DNA of 64,000 nt from Eledone cirrhosa. Taxonomy: Eukaryota. Under the pieces are notes generated by a model. It worked only from the letters and a program-made list of their open reading frames with translations, was not told the origin of the DNA and did no database searches. Position 1 is the stretch's first letter. Each line of letters begins with the position of its first letter. The translations under genes and the position numbers were made by a program. Shown in pieces: positions 15,001 through 30,300 of this stretch. The DNA lies in assembly GCA_964016885.1 (NCBI GenBank), contig OZ024756.1, positions 10,230,001-10,294,000 of the forward strand. The letters are read 5' to 3'.

Positions 15001-18000
15001 ACGTAATTTGAGGTGATAAAAGCTGACTTCACACAATTGATGGAAGCTATAGAGTAGGAAGACCTAATTTGAGGTGATAAAAGCTGACTTCACACAATTG
15101 ATGGAAGTCATAGAATAGGAAGACCTGGGATGAGGTGATAAAAGCTGACTTCACACAATTGATGGAAGCTATAGAGTAGGAAGACCTAGTTTGAGGTGAT
15201 AAAAGCTGACTTCACACAATTGATGGAAGCTATGGAGTAAGAAGACCTAATTTGAGGTGATAAAAGCTGACTTCACACAATTGATGGAAGCTATAGAGTA
15301 GGAAGACCTGGGATGGGGTGATAAAAGCTGACTTCACACAATTGATGGAAGCTATGGAGTAAGAAGACCTAGTTTGAGGTGATAAAAGCTGACTTCACAC
15401 AATTGATGGAAGCTATGGAGTAGGAAGACCTAATTTGAGGTGATAAAAGCTGACTTCACACAATTGATGGAAGCTATAGAGTAGGAAGACCTGGGATGGG
15501 GTGATAAAAGCTGACTTCACACAATTGATAGAAGCTATAGAGTAGGAAGACCTAGTTTGAGGTGATAAAAGCTGACTTAACACAATTGATGGAAGCTATA
15601 GAGTAGGAAGACCTGGCATGAGGTGATAAAAGCTGACTTCACACAATTGATAGAAGCTATAGAGTAGGAAGACCTGGGATGAGGTGATAAAAGCCGACTT
15701 CACACAATTGATGGAAGCTATGGAATAGGCAGACCTGGGATGAGGTGATAAAAGCTGACCTCACACAATTGATGGAAGCTATGGAGTAAGAACACCTAGT
15801 TTGAGGTGATAAAAGCTGACTTCACACAATTGATGGAAGCTATAGAGTAGGAAGACCTGGGATGAGGTGATAAAAGCTTACTTCACACAATTGATGGAAG
15901 CTATAGAGTAAGAAGACGTAATTTGAGGTGATAAAAGCTGACTTCACACAATTGATGGAAGCTATAGAGTAGGAAGACCTGGGATGGGGTGATAAAAGCT
16001 GACTTCACACAATTGATGGAAGCTATGGAGTAAGAAAACCTAGTTTGAGGTGATAAAAGATGACTTCACACAATTGATGGAAGCTATAGAGTAGGAAGAC
16101 CTGGGATGAGGTGATAAAAGATGACCTCACACAATTGATGGAAGCTATGGAGTAAGAAGACCTAGTTTGAGGTGATAAAAGCTGATCTCACACAATTGAT
16201 GGAAGCTATAGAGTAGGAAGACCTGGGATGAGGTGATAAAAGCTGACTTCACACAATTGATGGAAGCTATGGAGTAAGAAGACCTAGTTTGAGGTGATAA
16301 AAGCTGACTTCACACAATTGATGGAAGCTATAGAGTAGGAAGACCTGGGATGAGGTGATAAAAGCTGACTTCACACAATTGATGGAAGCTATGGAGTAAG
16401 AAGACCTAGTTTGAGGTGATAAAAGCTGACTTCACACAATTGATGGAAGCTATAGAGTAGGAAGACCTGGGATGAGGTGATAAAAGCTGACCTCACACAA
16501 TTGATGGAAGCAATGGAGTAAGAAGACCTAGTTTGAGGTGATAAAAGCTGACTTCACACAATTGATGGAAGCTATAGAGTAGGAAGACCTGGCAATGAGG
16601 TGATAAAAGCTGACTTCACACAATTGATGGAAGCTATAGAGTAAGAAGACCTAGTTTGAGGTGATAAAAGCTGACTTCACACAATTGATGGAAGCTATGG
16701 AGTAAGAAGACCTAGTTTGAGGTGATAAAAGCTGACTTCACACAATTGATGGAAGCTATGGAGTAAGAAGACCTAGTTTGAGGTGATAAAAGCTGACTTC
16801 ACACAATTGATGGAAGTCATAGAATAGGAAGACCTGGGATGAGGTGATAAAAGCTGACTTCACACAATTGATGGAAGCTATGGAATAGGCAGACCTGGGA
16901 TGAGGTGATAAAGCTGACCTCACACAATTGATGGAAGCTATAGAGTAGGAAGACCTAGTTTGAGGTGATAAAAGCTGACTTCACACAATTGATGGAAGCT
17001 ATGGAGTAAGAAGACCTAATTTGAGGTGATAAAAGCTGACTTCACACAATTGATGGAAGCTATAGAGTAGGAAGACCTGGGATGGGGTGATAAAAGCTGA
17101 CTTCACACAATTGATGGAAGCTATGGAGTAAGAAGACCTAGTTTGAGGTGATAAAAGCTGACTTCACACAATTGATGGAAGCTATGGAGTAGGAAGACCT
17201 AATTTGAGGTGATAAAAGCTGACTTCACACAATTGATGGAAGCTATAGAGTAGGAAGACCTGGGATGGGGTGATAAAAGCTGACTTCACACAATTGATGG
17301 AAGCTATAGAGTAGGAAGACCTAGTTTGAGGTGATAAAAGCTGACTTCACACAATTGATGGAAGCTATAGAGTAGGAACACCTGGCATGAGGTGATAAAA
17401 GCTGACTTCACACAATTGATAGAAGCTATAGAGTAGGAAGACCTGGGATGAGGTGATAAAAGCCGACTTCACACAATTGATGGAAGCTATGGAATAGGCA
17501 GACCTGGGATGAGGTGATAAAAGCTGACCTCACACAATTGATGGAAGCTATGGAGTAAGAACACCTAGTTTGAGGTGATAAAAGCTGACTTCACACAATT
17601 GATGGAAGCTATAGAGTAAGAAGACGTAATTTGAGGTGATAAAAGCTGACTTCACACAATTGATGGAAGCTATAGAGTAGGAAGACCTGGGATGGGGTGA
17701 TAAAAGCTGACTTCACACAATTGATGGAAGCTATGGAGTAGGAAGACCTAATTTGAGGTGATAAAAGCTGACTTCACACAATTGATGGAAGCTATAGAGT
17801 AGGAAGACCTGGGATGGGGTGATAAAAGCTGACTTCACACAATTGATGGAAGCTATGGAGTAAGAAGACCTAGTTTGAGGTGATAAAAGCTGACTTCACA
17901 CAATTGATGGAAGCTATAGAGTAGGAAGACCTGGGATGAGGTGATAAAAGCTGACTTCACACAATTGATGGAAGCTATAGAGTAGGAAGACCTAGTTTGA

Positions 18001-19300
18001 GGTGATAAAAGCTGACTTCACACAATTGATGGAAGCTATGGAGTAAGAAGACCTAGTTTGAGGTGATAAAAGCTGATCTCACACAATTGATGGAAGCTAT
18101 AGAGTAGGAAGACCTGGGGTGAGGTGATAAAAGCTGACTTCACACAATTGATGGAAGCTATGGAGTAAGAAGACCTAGTTTGAGGTGATAAAAGCTGACT
18201 TCAAACAATTGATGGAAGCTATAGAGTAGGAAGACCTAGTTTGAGGTGATAAAAGCTGACTTCACACAATTGATGGAAGCTATAGAGTAGGAAGACCTGG
18301 GATGAGGTGACTTCACACAATTGATGGAAGCTATAGAGTAGGAAGACCTGGGATGAGGTGATAAAAGCTGACTTCACACAATTGATGGAAGCTATGGAGT
18401 AAGAAGACCTAGTTTGAGGTGATAAAAGCTGATCTCACACAATTGATGGAAGCTATAGAGTAGGAAGACCTGGGATGAGGTGATAAAAGCTGACTTCACA
18501 CAATTGATGGAAGCTATGAAGTAAGAAGACCTAGTTTGAGGTGATAAAAGCTGACTTCACACAATTGATGGAAGCTATAGAGTAGGAAGACCTGGGATGA
18601 GGTGATAAAAGCTGACCTCACACAATTGATGGAAGCTATGGAGTAAGAAGACCTGGGATGAGGTGATAAAAGCTGATCTCACACAATTGATGGAAGCTAT
18701 AGAGTAGGAAGACCTAGTTTGAGGTGATAAAAGCTGACTTCACACAATTGATGGAAGCTATAGAGTAGGAAGACTTGGGATGAGGTGATAAAAGCTGACC
18801 TCACACAATTGATGGAAGCTATGGAGTAAGAAGACCTAGTTTGAGGTGATAAAAGCTGACTTCACACAATTGATGGAAGCTATAGAGTAGGAAGACCTGG
18901 GATGAGGTGATAAAAGCTGACTTCACACAATTGATGGACGCTATAGAGTAAGAAGACGTAATTTGAGGTGATAAAAGCTGACTTCACACAATTGATGGAA
19001 GCTATGGAGTAAGAAGACCTAGTTTGAGGTGATAAAAGCTGACTTCACACAATTGATGGAAGCTATGGAGTAAGAAGACCTAGTTTGAGGTGATAAAAGC
19101 TGACTTCACACAATTGATGGAAGCTATAGAGTAGGAAGACCTGGGATGAGGTGATAAAAGCTGACTTCACACAATTGATGGAAGCTATAGAGTAAGAAGA
19201 CCTAGTTTGAGGTGATAAAAGCTGACTTCACACAATTGATGGAAGCTATGGAGTAAGAAGACCTAGTTTGAGGTGATAAAAGCTGACTTCACACAATTGA
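1..19300. repeat. Higher-order domain of the satellite: three related super-repeat copies offset by about 6.65 and 7.37 kb
   Basis: Markers recur at fixed offsets: GCCGAC at 335/6982/14351 and 1677/8324/15693 (offsets 6647, 7369); GGCAATG insertion variant only at 2514, 9222, 16591; AAGATGAC pairs only near 2040-2100, 8690-8750, 16060-16120. Right boundary approximate. Confidence 0.85.
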
Positions 19301-22300
19301 TGGAAGCTATGGAGTAAGAAGACCTAGTTTGAGGTGATAAAAGCTGACTTCACACAATTGATGGAAGTCATAGAATAGGAAGACCTGGGATGAGGTGATA
19401 AAAGCTGACTTCACACAATTGATGGAAGCTATAGAGTAGGAAGACCTAGTTTGAGGTGATAAAAGCTGACTTCACACAATTGATGGAAGCTATGGAGTAA
19501 GAAGACCTAATTTGAGGTGATAAAAGCTGACTTCACACAATTGATGGAAGCTATAGAGTAGGAAGACCTGGGATGGGGTGATAAAAGCTGACTTCACACA
19601 ATTGATGGAAGCTATGGAGTAAGAAGACCTAGTTTGAGGTGATAAAAGCTGACTTCACACAATTGATGGAAGCTATGGAGTAGGAAGACCTAATTTGAGG
19701 TGATAAAAGCTGACTTCACACAATTGATGGAAGCTATAGAGTAGGAAGACCTGGGATGGGGTGATAAAAGCTGACTTCACACAATTGATGGAAGCTATAG
19801 AGTAGGAAGACCTAGTTTGAGGTGATAAAAGCTGACTTCACACAATTGATGGAAGCTATAGAGTAGGAACACCTGGCATGAGGTGATAAAAGCTGACTTC
19901 ACACAATTGATAGAAGCTATAGAGTAGGAAGACCTGGGATGAGGTGATAAAAGCCGACTTCACACAATTGATGGAAGCTATGGATTAGGCAGACCTGGGA
20001 TGAGGTGATAAAAGCTGACCTCACACAATTGATGGAAGCTATGGAGTAAGAACACCTAGTTTGAGGTGATAAAAGCTGACTTCACACAATTGATGGAAGC
20101 TATAGAGTAGGAAGACCTGGGATGAGGTGATAAAAGCTTACTTCACACAATTGATGGAAGCTATAGAGTAAGAAGACGTAATTTGAGGTGATAAAAGCTG
20201 ACTTCACACAATTGATGGAAGCTATAGAGTAGGAAGACCTGGGATGGGGTGATAAAAGCTGACTTCACACAATTGATGGAAGCTATGGAGTAAGAAGACC
20301 TAGTTTGAGGTGATAAAAGCTGACTTCACACAATTGATGGAAGCTATGGAGTAGGAAGACCTAATTTGAGGTGATAAAAGCTGACTTCACACAATTGATG
20401 GAAGCTATAGAGTAGGAAGACCTGGGATGGGGTGATAAAAGCTGACTTCACACAATTGATGGAAGCTATGGAGTAAGAAGACCTAGTTTGAGGTGATAAA
20501 AGCTGACTTCACACAATTGATGGAAGCTATAGAGTAGGAAGACCTGGGATGAGGTGATAAAAGCTGACTTCACACAATTGATGGAAGCTATAGAGTAGGA
20601 AGACCTAGTTTGAGGTGATAAAAGCTGACTTCACACAATTGATGGAAGCTATGGAGTAAGAAGACCTAGTTTGAGGTGATAAAAGCTGATCTCACACAAT
20701 TGATGGAAGCTATAGAGTAGGAAGACCTGGGGTGAGGTGATAAAAGCTGACTTCACACAATTGATGGAAGCTATGGAGTAAGAAGACCTAGTTTGAGGTG
20801 ATAAAAGCTGATCTCACACAATTGATGGAAGCTATAGAGTAGGAAGACCTGGGATGAGGTGATAAAAGCTGACCTCACACAATTGATGGAAGCTATGGAG
20901 TAAGAAGACCTAGTTTGAGGTGATAAAAGCTGACTTCAAACAATTGATGGAAGCTATAGAGTAGGAAGACCTAGTTTGAGGTGATAAAAGCTGACTTCAC
21001 ACAATTGATGGAAGCTATAGAGTAGGAAGACCTGGGATGAGGTGATAAAAGCTGACTTCACACAATTGATGGAAGCTATGGAGTAAGAAGACCTAGTTTG
21101 AGGTGATAAAAGCTGATCTCACACAATTGATGGAAGCTATGGAGTAGGAAGACCTGGGATGAGGTGATAAAAGCTGACTTCACACAATTGATGGAAGCTA
21201 TGAAGTAAGAAGACCTAGTTTGAGGTGATAAAAGCTGACTTCACACAATTGATGGAAGCTATAGAGTAGGAAGACCTGGGATGAGGTGATAAAAGCTGAC
21301 CTCACACAATTGATGGAAGCTATGGAGTAAGAAGACCTAGTTTGAGGTGATAAAAGCTGATCTCACACAATTGATGGAAGCTATAGAGTAGGAAGACCTA
21401 GTTTGAGATGATAAAAGCTGACTTCACACAATTGATGGAAGCTATAGAGTAGGAAGACCTGGGATGAGGTGATAAAAGCTGACCTCACACAATTGATGGA
21501 AGCTATGGAGTAAGAAGACCTAGTTTGAGGTGATAAAAGCTGACTTCACACAATTGATGGAAGCTATAGAGTAGGAAGACCTGGGATGAGGTGATAAAAG
21601 CTGACTTCACACAATTGATGGACGCTATAGAGTAAGAAGACGTAATTTGAGGTGATAAAAGCTGACTTCACACAATTGATGGAAGCTATGGAGTAAGAAG
21701 ACCTAGTTTGAGGTGATAAAAGCTGACTTCACACAATTGATGGAAGCTATGGAGTAAGAAGACCTAGTTTGAGGTGATAAAAGCTGACTTCACACAATTG
21801 ATGGAAGCTATGGAGTAGGAAGACCTAATTTGAGGTGATAAAAGCTGACTTCACACAATTGATGGAAGCTATAGAGTAGAAGACCTGGGATGGGGTGATA
21901 AAAGCTGACTTCACACAATTGATGGAAGCTATAGAGTAGGAAGACCTAGTTTGAGGTGATAAAAGCTGACTTCACACAATTGATGGAAGCTATAGAGTAG
22001 GAAGACCTGGCATGAGGTGATAAAAGCTGACTTCACACAATTGATAGAAGCTATAGAGTAGGAAGACCTGGGATGAGGTGATAAAAGCCGACTTCACACA
22101 ATTGATGGAAGCTATGGAATAGGCAGACCTGGGATGAGGTGATAAAAGCTGACTTCACACAATTGATGGAAGCTATAGAGTAGGAAGACCTGGGATGAGG
22201 TGATAAAAGCTTACTTCACACAATTGATGGAAGCTATAGAGTAAGAAGACGTAATTTGAGGTGATAAAAGCTGACTTCACACAATTGATGGAAGCTATAG

Positions 22301-25300
22301 AGTAGGAAGACCTGGGATGGGGTGATAAAAGCTGACTTCACACAATTGATGGAAGCTATGGAGTAAGAAGACCTAGTTTGAGGTGATAAAAGCTGACTTC
22401 ACACAATTGATGGAAGCTATAGAGTAGGAAGACCTGGGATGAGGTGATAAAAGCTGACTTCACACAATTGATGGAAGCTATGGAGTAAGAAGACCTAGTT
22501 TGAGGTGATAAAAGCTGACTTCACACAATTGATGGAAGCTATAGAGTAGGAAGACCTGGGATGAGGTGATAAAAGCTGACCTCACACAATTGATGGAAGC
22601 AATGGAGTAAGAAGACCTAGTTTGAGGTGATAAAAGCTGACTTCACACAATTGATGGACGCTATAGAGTAAGAAGACGTAATTTGAGGTGATAAAAGCTG
22701 ACTTCACACAATTGATGGAAGCTATAGAGTAGGAAGACCTAATTTGAGGTGATAAAAGCTGACTTCACACAATTGATGGAAGTCATAGAATAGGAAGACC
22801 TGGGATGAGGTGATAAAAGCTGACTTCACACAATTGATGGAAGCTATAGAGTAGGAAGACCTGGGATGGGGTGATAAAAGCTGACTTCACACAATTGATG
22901 GAAGCTATGGAGTAAGAAGACCTAGTTTGAGGTGATAAAAGCTGACTTCACACAATTGATGGAAGCTATAGAGTAGGAAGACCTGGGATGAGGTGATAAA
23001 AGCTGACTTCACACAATTGATGGAAGCTATAGAGTAGGAAGACCTAGTTTGAGGTGATAAAAGCTGACTTCACACAATTGATGGAAGCTATGGAGTAGGA
23101 AGACCTAATTTGAGGTGATAAAAGCTGACTTCACACAATTGATGGAAGCTATAGAGTAGGAAGACCTGGGATGGGGTGATAAAAGCTGACTTCACACAAT
23201 TGATGGAAGCTATGGAGTAAGAAGACCTAGTTTGAGGTGATAAAAGCTGACTTCACACAATTGATGGAAGCTATAGAGTAGGAAGACCTGGGATGAGGTG
23301 ATAAAAGCTGACTTCACACAATTGATGGAAGCTATAGAGTAGGAAGACCTAGTTTGAGGTGATAAAATCTGACTTCACACAATTGATGGAAGCTATGGAG
23401 TAAGAAGACCTAGTTTGAGGTGATAAAAGCTGATCTCACACAATTGATGGAAGCTATAGAGTAGGAAGACCTGGGGTGAGGTGATAAAAGCTGACTTCAC
23501 ACAATTGATGGAAGCTATGGAGTAAGAAGACCTAGTTTGAGGTGATAAAAGCTGATCTCACACAATTGATGGAAGCTATAGAGTAGGAAGACCTGGGATG
23601 AGGTGATAAAAGCTGACCTCACACAATTGATGGAAGCTATGGAGTAAGAAGACCTAGTTTGAGGTGATAAAAGCTGACTTCAAACAATTGATGGAAGCTA
23701 TAGAGTAGGAAGACCTAGTTTGAGGTGATAAAAGCTGACTTCACACAATTGATGGAAGCTATAGAGTAGGAAGACCTGGGATGAGGTGATAAAAGCTGAC
23801 TTCACACAATTGATGGAAGCTATGGAGTAAGAAGACCTAGTTTGAGGTGATAAAAGCTGATCTCACACAATTGATGGAAGCTATGGAGTAGGAAGACCTG
23901 GGATGAGGTGATAAAAGCTGACTTCACACAATTGATGGAAGCTATGAAGTAAGAAGACCTAGTTTGAGGTGATAAAAGCTGACTTCACACAATTGATGGA
24001 AGCTATAGAGTAGGAAGACCTGGGATGAGGTGATAAAAGCTGACCTCACACAATTGATGGAAGCTATGGAGTAAGAAGACCTAGTTTGAGGTGATAAAAG
24101 CTGATCTCACACAATTGATGGAAGCTATAGAGTAGGAAGACCTAGTTTGAGATGATAAAAGCTGACTTCACACAATTGATGGAAGCTATAGAGTAGGAAG
24201 ACCTGGGATGAGGTGATAAAAGCTGACCTCACACAATTGATGGAAGCTATGGAGTAAGAAGACCTAGTTTGAGGTGATAAAAGCTGACTTCACACAATTG
24301 ATGGAAGCTATGGAGTAAGAAGACGTAATTTGAGGTGATAAAAGCTGACTTCACACAATTGATGGAAGCTATGGAGTAAGAAGACCTAGTTTGAGGTGAT
24401 AAAAGCTGACTTCACACAATTGATGGAAGCTATGGAGTAAGAAGACCTAGTTTGAGGTGATAAAAGCTGACCTCACACAATTGATGGAAGCTATGGAGTA
24501 AGAAGACGTAATTTGAGGTGATAAAAGCTGACTTCACACAATTGATGGAAGCTATGGAGTAAGAAGACCTAGTTTGAGGTGATAAAAGCTGACTTCACAC
24601 AATTGATGGAAGCTATGGAGTAAGAAGACCTAGTTTGAGGTGATAAAAGCTGACTTCACACAATTGATGGAAGCTATGGAGTAAGAAGACCTAGTTTGAG
24701 GTGATAAAAGCTGACCTCACACAATTGATGGAAGCTATGGAGTAAGAAGACCTAGTTTGAGGTGATAAAAGCTGACTTCACACAATTGATGGAAGCTATA
24801 GAGTAGAAGACCTGGGATGGGGTGATAAAAGCTGACCTCACACAATTGATGGAAGCTATGGAGTAAGAAGACCTAGTTTGAGGTGATAAAAGCTGACTTC
24901 ACACAATTGATGGAAGCTATAGAGTAGGAAGACCTGGGATGAGGTGATAAAAGCTGACTTCACACAATTGATGGACGCTATAGAGTAAGAAGACGTAATT
25001 TGAGGTGATAAAAGCTGACTTCACACAATTGATGGAAGCTATGGAGTAAGAAGACCTAGTTTGAGGTGATAAAAGCTGACTTCACACAATTGATGGAAGC
25101 TATGGAGTAAGAAGACCTAGTTTGAGGTGATAAAAGCTGACTTCACACAATTGATGGAAGCTATAGAGTAGAAGACCTGGGATGGGGTGATAAAAGCTGA
25201 CTTCACACAATTGATGGAAGCTATAGAGTAGGAAGACCTAGTTTGAGGTGATAAAAGCTGACTTCACACAATTGATGGAAGCTATAGAGTAGGAAGACCT

Positions 25301-27399
25301 GGCATGAGGTGATAAAAGCTGACTTCACACAATTGATAGAAGCTATAGAGTAGGAAGACCTGGGATGAGGTGATAAAAGCCGACTTCACACAATTGATGG
25401 AAGCTATGGAATAGGCAGACCTGGGATGAGGTGATAAAAGCTGACCTCACACAATTGATGGAAGCTATGGAGTAAGAACACCTAGTTTGAGGTGATAAAA
25501 GCTGACTTCACACAATTGATGGAAGCTATAGAGTAGGAAGACCTGGGATGAGGTGATAAAAGCTTACTTCACACAATTGATGGAAGCTATAGAGTAAGAA
25601 GACGTAATTTGAGGTGATAAAAGCTGACTTCACACAATTGATGGAAGCTATAGAGTAGGAAGACCTGGGATGGGGTGATAAAAGCTGACTTCACACAATT
25701 GATGGAAGCTATGGAGTAAGAAGACCTAGTTTGAGGTGATAAAAGCTGACTTCACACAATTGATGGAAGCTATAGAGTAGGAAGACCTGGGATGAGGTGA
25801 TAAAAGCTGACTTCACACAATTGATGGAAGCTATGGAGTAAGAAGACCTAGTTTGAGGTGATAAAAGCTGACTTCACACAATTGATGGAAGCTATAGAGT
25901 AGGAAGACCTGGGATGAGGTGATAAAAGCTGACCTCACACAATTGATGGAAGCAATGGAGTAAGAAGACCTAGTTTGAGGTGATAAAAGCTGATCTCACA
26001 CAATTGATGGAAGCTATAGAGTAGGAAGACCTAGTTTGAGATGATAAAAGCTGACTTCACACAATTGATGGAAGCTATAGAGTAGGAAGACCTGGGATGA
26101 GGTGATAAAAGCTGACCTCACACAATTGATGGAAGCTATGGAGTAAGAAGACCTAGTTTGAGGTGATAAAAGCTGACTTCACACAATTGATGGAAGCTAT
26201 GGAGTAAGAAGACGTAATTTGAGGTGATAAAAGCTGACTTCACACAATTGATGGAAGCTATGGAGTAAGAAGACCTAGTTTGAGGTGATAAAAGCTGACT
26301 TCACACAATTGATGGAAGCTATGGAGTAAGAAGACCTAGTTTGAGGTGATAAAAGCTGACCTCACACAATTGATGGAAGCTATGGAGTAAGAAGACGTAA
26401 TTTGAGGTGATAAAAGCTGACTTCACACAATTGATGGAAGCTATGGAGTAAGAAGACCTAGTTTGAGGTGATAAAAGCTGACTTCACACAATTGATGGAA
26501 GCTATGGAGTAAGAAGACCTAGTTTGAGGTGATAAAAGCTGACTTCACACAATTGATGGAAGCTATGGAGTAAGAAGACCTAGTTTGAGGTGATAAAAGC
26601 TGACCTCACACAATTGATGGAAGCTATGGAGTAAGAAGACCTAGTTTGAGGTGATAAAAGCTGACTTCACACAATTGATGGAAGCTATAGAGTAGGAAGA
26701 CCTGGCATGAGGTGATAAAAGCTGACTTAACACAATTGATGGAAGCTATAGAGTAGGAAGACCTGGCATGAGGTGATAAAAGCTGACTTCACACAATTGA
26801 TGGAAGCTATAGAGTAGGAAGACCTAGTTTGAGGTGATAAAAGCTGACTTAACACAATTGATGGAAGCTATAGAGTAGGAAGACCTGGCATGAGGTGATA
26901 AAAGCTGACTTAACACAATTGATGGAAGCTATAGAGTAGGAAGACCTGGCATGAGGTGATAAAAGCTGACTTCACACAATTGATGGAAGCTATAGAGTAG
27001 GAAGACCTGGCATGAGGTGATAAAAGCTGACTTCACACAATTGATGGAAGCTATAGAGTAGGAAGACCTGGCATGAGGTGATAAAAGCTGACTTAACACA
27101 ATTGATGGAAGCTATAGAGTAGGAAGACCTGGCATGAGGTGATAAAAGCTGACTTCACACAATTGATGGAAGCTATAGAGTAGGAAGACCTGGCATGAGG
27201 TGATAAAAGCTGACTTCACACAATTGATAGAAGCTATAGAGTAGGAAGACCTGGGATGGGGTGATAAAAGCTGACTTCACACAATTGATAGAAGCTATAG
27301 AGTAGGAAGACCTAGTTTGAGGTGATAAAAGCTGACTTAACACAATTGATGGAAGCTATAGAGTAGGAAGACCTGGCATGAGGTGATAAAAGCTGACTT

Positions 27400-30300
27400 C
27401 ACACAATTGATGGAAGCTATGGAATAGGCAGACCTGGGATGAGGTGATAAAAGCTGACCTCACACAATTGATGGAAGCTATGGAGTAAGAACACCTAGTT
27501 TGAGGTGATAAAAGCTGACTTCACACAATTGATGGAAGCTATGGAGTAGGAAGACCTAATTTGAGGTGATAAAAGCTGACTTCACACAATTGATGGAAGC
27601 TATGGAGTAAGAACACCTAGTTTGAGGTGATAAAAGCTGACTTCACACAATTGATGGAAGCTATAGAGTAGGAAGACCTGGGATGAGGTGATAAAAGCTT
27701 ACTTCACACAATTGATGGAAGCTATAGAGTAAGAAGACGTAATTTGAGGTGATAAAAGCTGACTTCACACAATTGATGGAAGCTATAGAGTAGGAAGACC
27801 TGGGATGGGGTGATAAAAGCTGACTTCACACAATTGATGGAAGCTATGGAGTAAGAAGACCTAGTTTGAGGTGATAAAAGCTGACTTCACACAATTGATG
27901 GAAGCTATGGAGTAAAAAGACCTAATTTGAGGTGATAAAAGCTGACTTCACACAATTGATGGAAGCTATAGAGTAGGAAGACCTGGGATGGGGTGATAAA
28001 AGCTGACTTCACACAATTGATGGAAGCTATGGAGTAAGAAGACCTAGTTTGAGGTGATAAAAGCTGACTTCACACAATTGATGGAAGCTATAGAGTAGGA
28101 AGACCTGGGATGAGGTGATAAAAGCTGACTTCACACAATTGATGGAAGCTATAGAGTAGGAAGACCTAGTTTGAGGTGATAAAAGCTGACTTCACACAAT
28201 TGATGGAAGCTATAGAGTAGGAAGACCTAGTTTGAGGTGATAAAAGCTGATCTCACACAATTGATGGAAGCTATAGAGTAGGAAGACCTGGGGTGAGGTG
28301 ATAAAAGCTGACTTCACACAATTGATGGAAGCTATGGAGTAAGAAGACCTAGTTTGAGGTGATAAAAGCTGACTTCACCAATTGATGGAAGCTATAGAGT
28401 AGGAAGACCTAGTTTGAGGTGATAAAAGCTGACTTCACACAATTGATGGAAGCTATAGAGTAGGAAGACCTGGGATGAGGTGACTTCACACAATTGATGG
28501 AAGCTATAGAGTAGGAAGACCTGGGATGAGGTGATAAAAGCTGACTTCACACAATTGATGGAAGCTATGGAGTAAGAAGACCTAGTTTGAGGTGATAAAA
28601 GCTGATCTCACACAATTGATGGAAGCTATAGAGTAGGAAGACCTGGGATGAGGTGATAAAAGCTGACCTCACACAATTGATGGACGCTATAGAGTAAGAA
28701 GACGTAATTTGAGGTGATAAAAGCTGACTTCACACAATTGATGGAAGCTATAGAGTAGGAAGACCTAATTTGAGGTGATAAAAGCTGACTTCACACAATT
28801 GATGGAAGTCATAGAATAGGAAGACCTGGGATGAGGTGATAAAAGCTGACTTCACACAATTGATGGAAGCTATAGAGTAGGAAGACCTAGTTTGAGGTGA
28901 TAAAAGCTGACTTCACACAATTGATGGAAGCTATGGAGTAAGAAGACCTAATTTGAGGTGATAAAAGCTGACTTCACACAATTGATGGAAGCTATAGAGT
29001 AGGAAGACCTGGGATGGGGTGATAAAAGCTGACTTCACACAATTGATGGAAGCTATGGAGTAAGAAGACCTAGTTTGAGGTGATAAAAGCTGACTTCACA
29101 CAATTGATGGAAGCTATAGAGTAGGAAGACCTGGGATGGGGTGATAAAAGCTGACTTCACACAATTGATAGAAGCTATAGAGTAGGAAGACCTAGTTTGA
29201 GGTGATAAAAGCTGACTTAACACAATTGATGGAAGCTATAGAGTAGGAAGACCTGGGATGAGGTGATAAAAGCCGACTTCACACAATTGATGGAAGCTAT
29301 GGAATAGGCAGACCTGGGATGAGGTGATAAAAGCTGACCTCACACAATTGATGGAAGCTATGGAGTAAGAACACCTAGTTTGAGGTGATAAAAGCTGACT
29401 TCACACAATTGATGGAAGCTATGGAGTAGGAAGACCTAATTTGAGGTGATAAAAGCTGACTTCACACAATTGATGGAAGCTATGGAGTAAGAACACCTAG
29501 TTTGAGGTGATAAAAGCTGACTTCACACAATTGATGGAAGCTATAGAGTAGGAAGACCTGGGATGAGGTGATAAAAGCTTACTTCACACAATTGATGGAA
29601 GCTATAGAGTAAGAAGACGTAATTTGAGGTGATAAAAGCTGACTTCACACAATTGATGGAAGCTATAGAGTAGGAAGACCTGGGATGGGGTGATAAAAGC
29701 TGACTTCACACAATTGATGGAAGCTATGGAGTAAGAAGACCTAGTTTGAGGTGATAAAAGCTGACTTCACACAATTGATGGAAGCTATGGAGTAAAAAGA
29801 CCTAATTTGAGGTGATAAAAGCTGACTTCACACAATTGATGGAAGCTATAGAGTAGGAAGACCTGGGATGGGGTGATAAAAGCTGACTTCACACAATTGA
29901 TGGAAGCTATGGAGTAAGAAGACCTAGTTTGAGGTGATAAAAGCTGACTTCACACAATTGATGGAAGCTATAGAGTAGGAAGACCTGGGATGAGGTGATA
30001 AAAGCTGACTTCACACAATTGATGGAAGCTATAGAGTAGGAAGACCTAGTTTGAGGTGATAAAAGCTGACTTCACACAATTGATGGAAGCTATAGAGTAG
30101 GAAGACCTAGTTTGAGGTGATAAAAGCTGATCTCACACAATTGATGGAAGCTATAGAGTAGGAAGACCTGGGGTGAGGTGATAAAAGCTGACTTCACACA
30201 ATTGATGGAAGCTATGGAGTAAGAAGACCTAGTTTGAGGTGATAAAAGCTGACTTCACCAATTGATGGAAGCTATAGAGTAGGAAGACCTAGTTTGAGGT

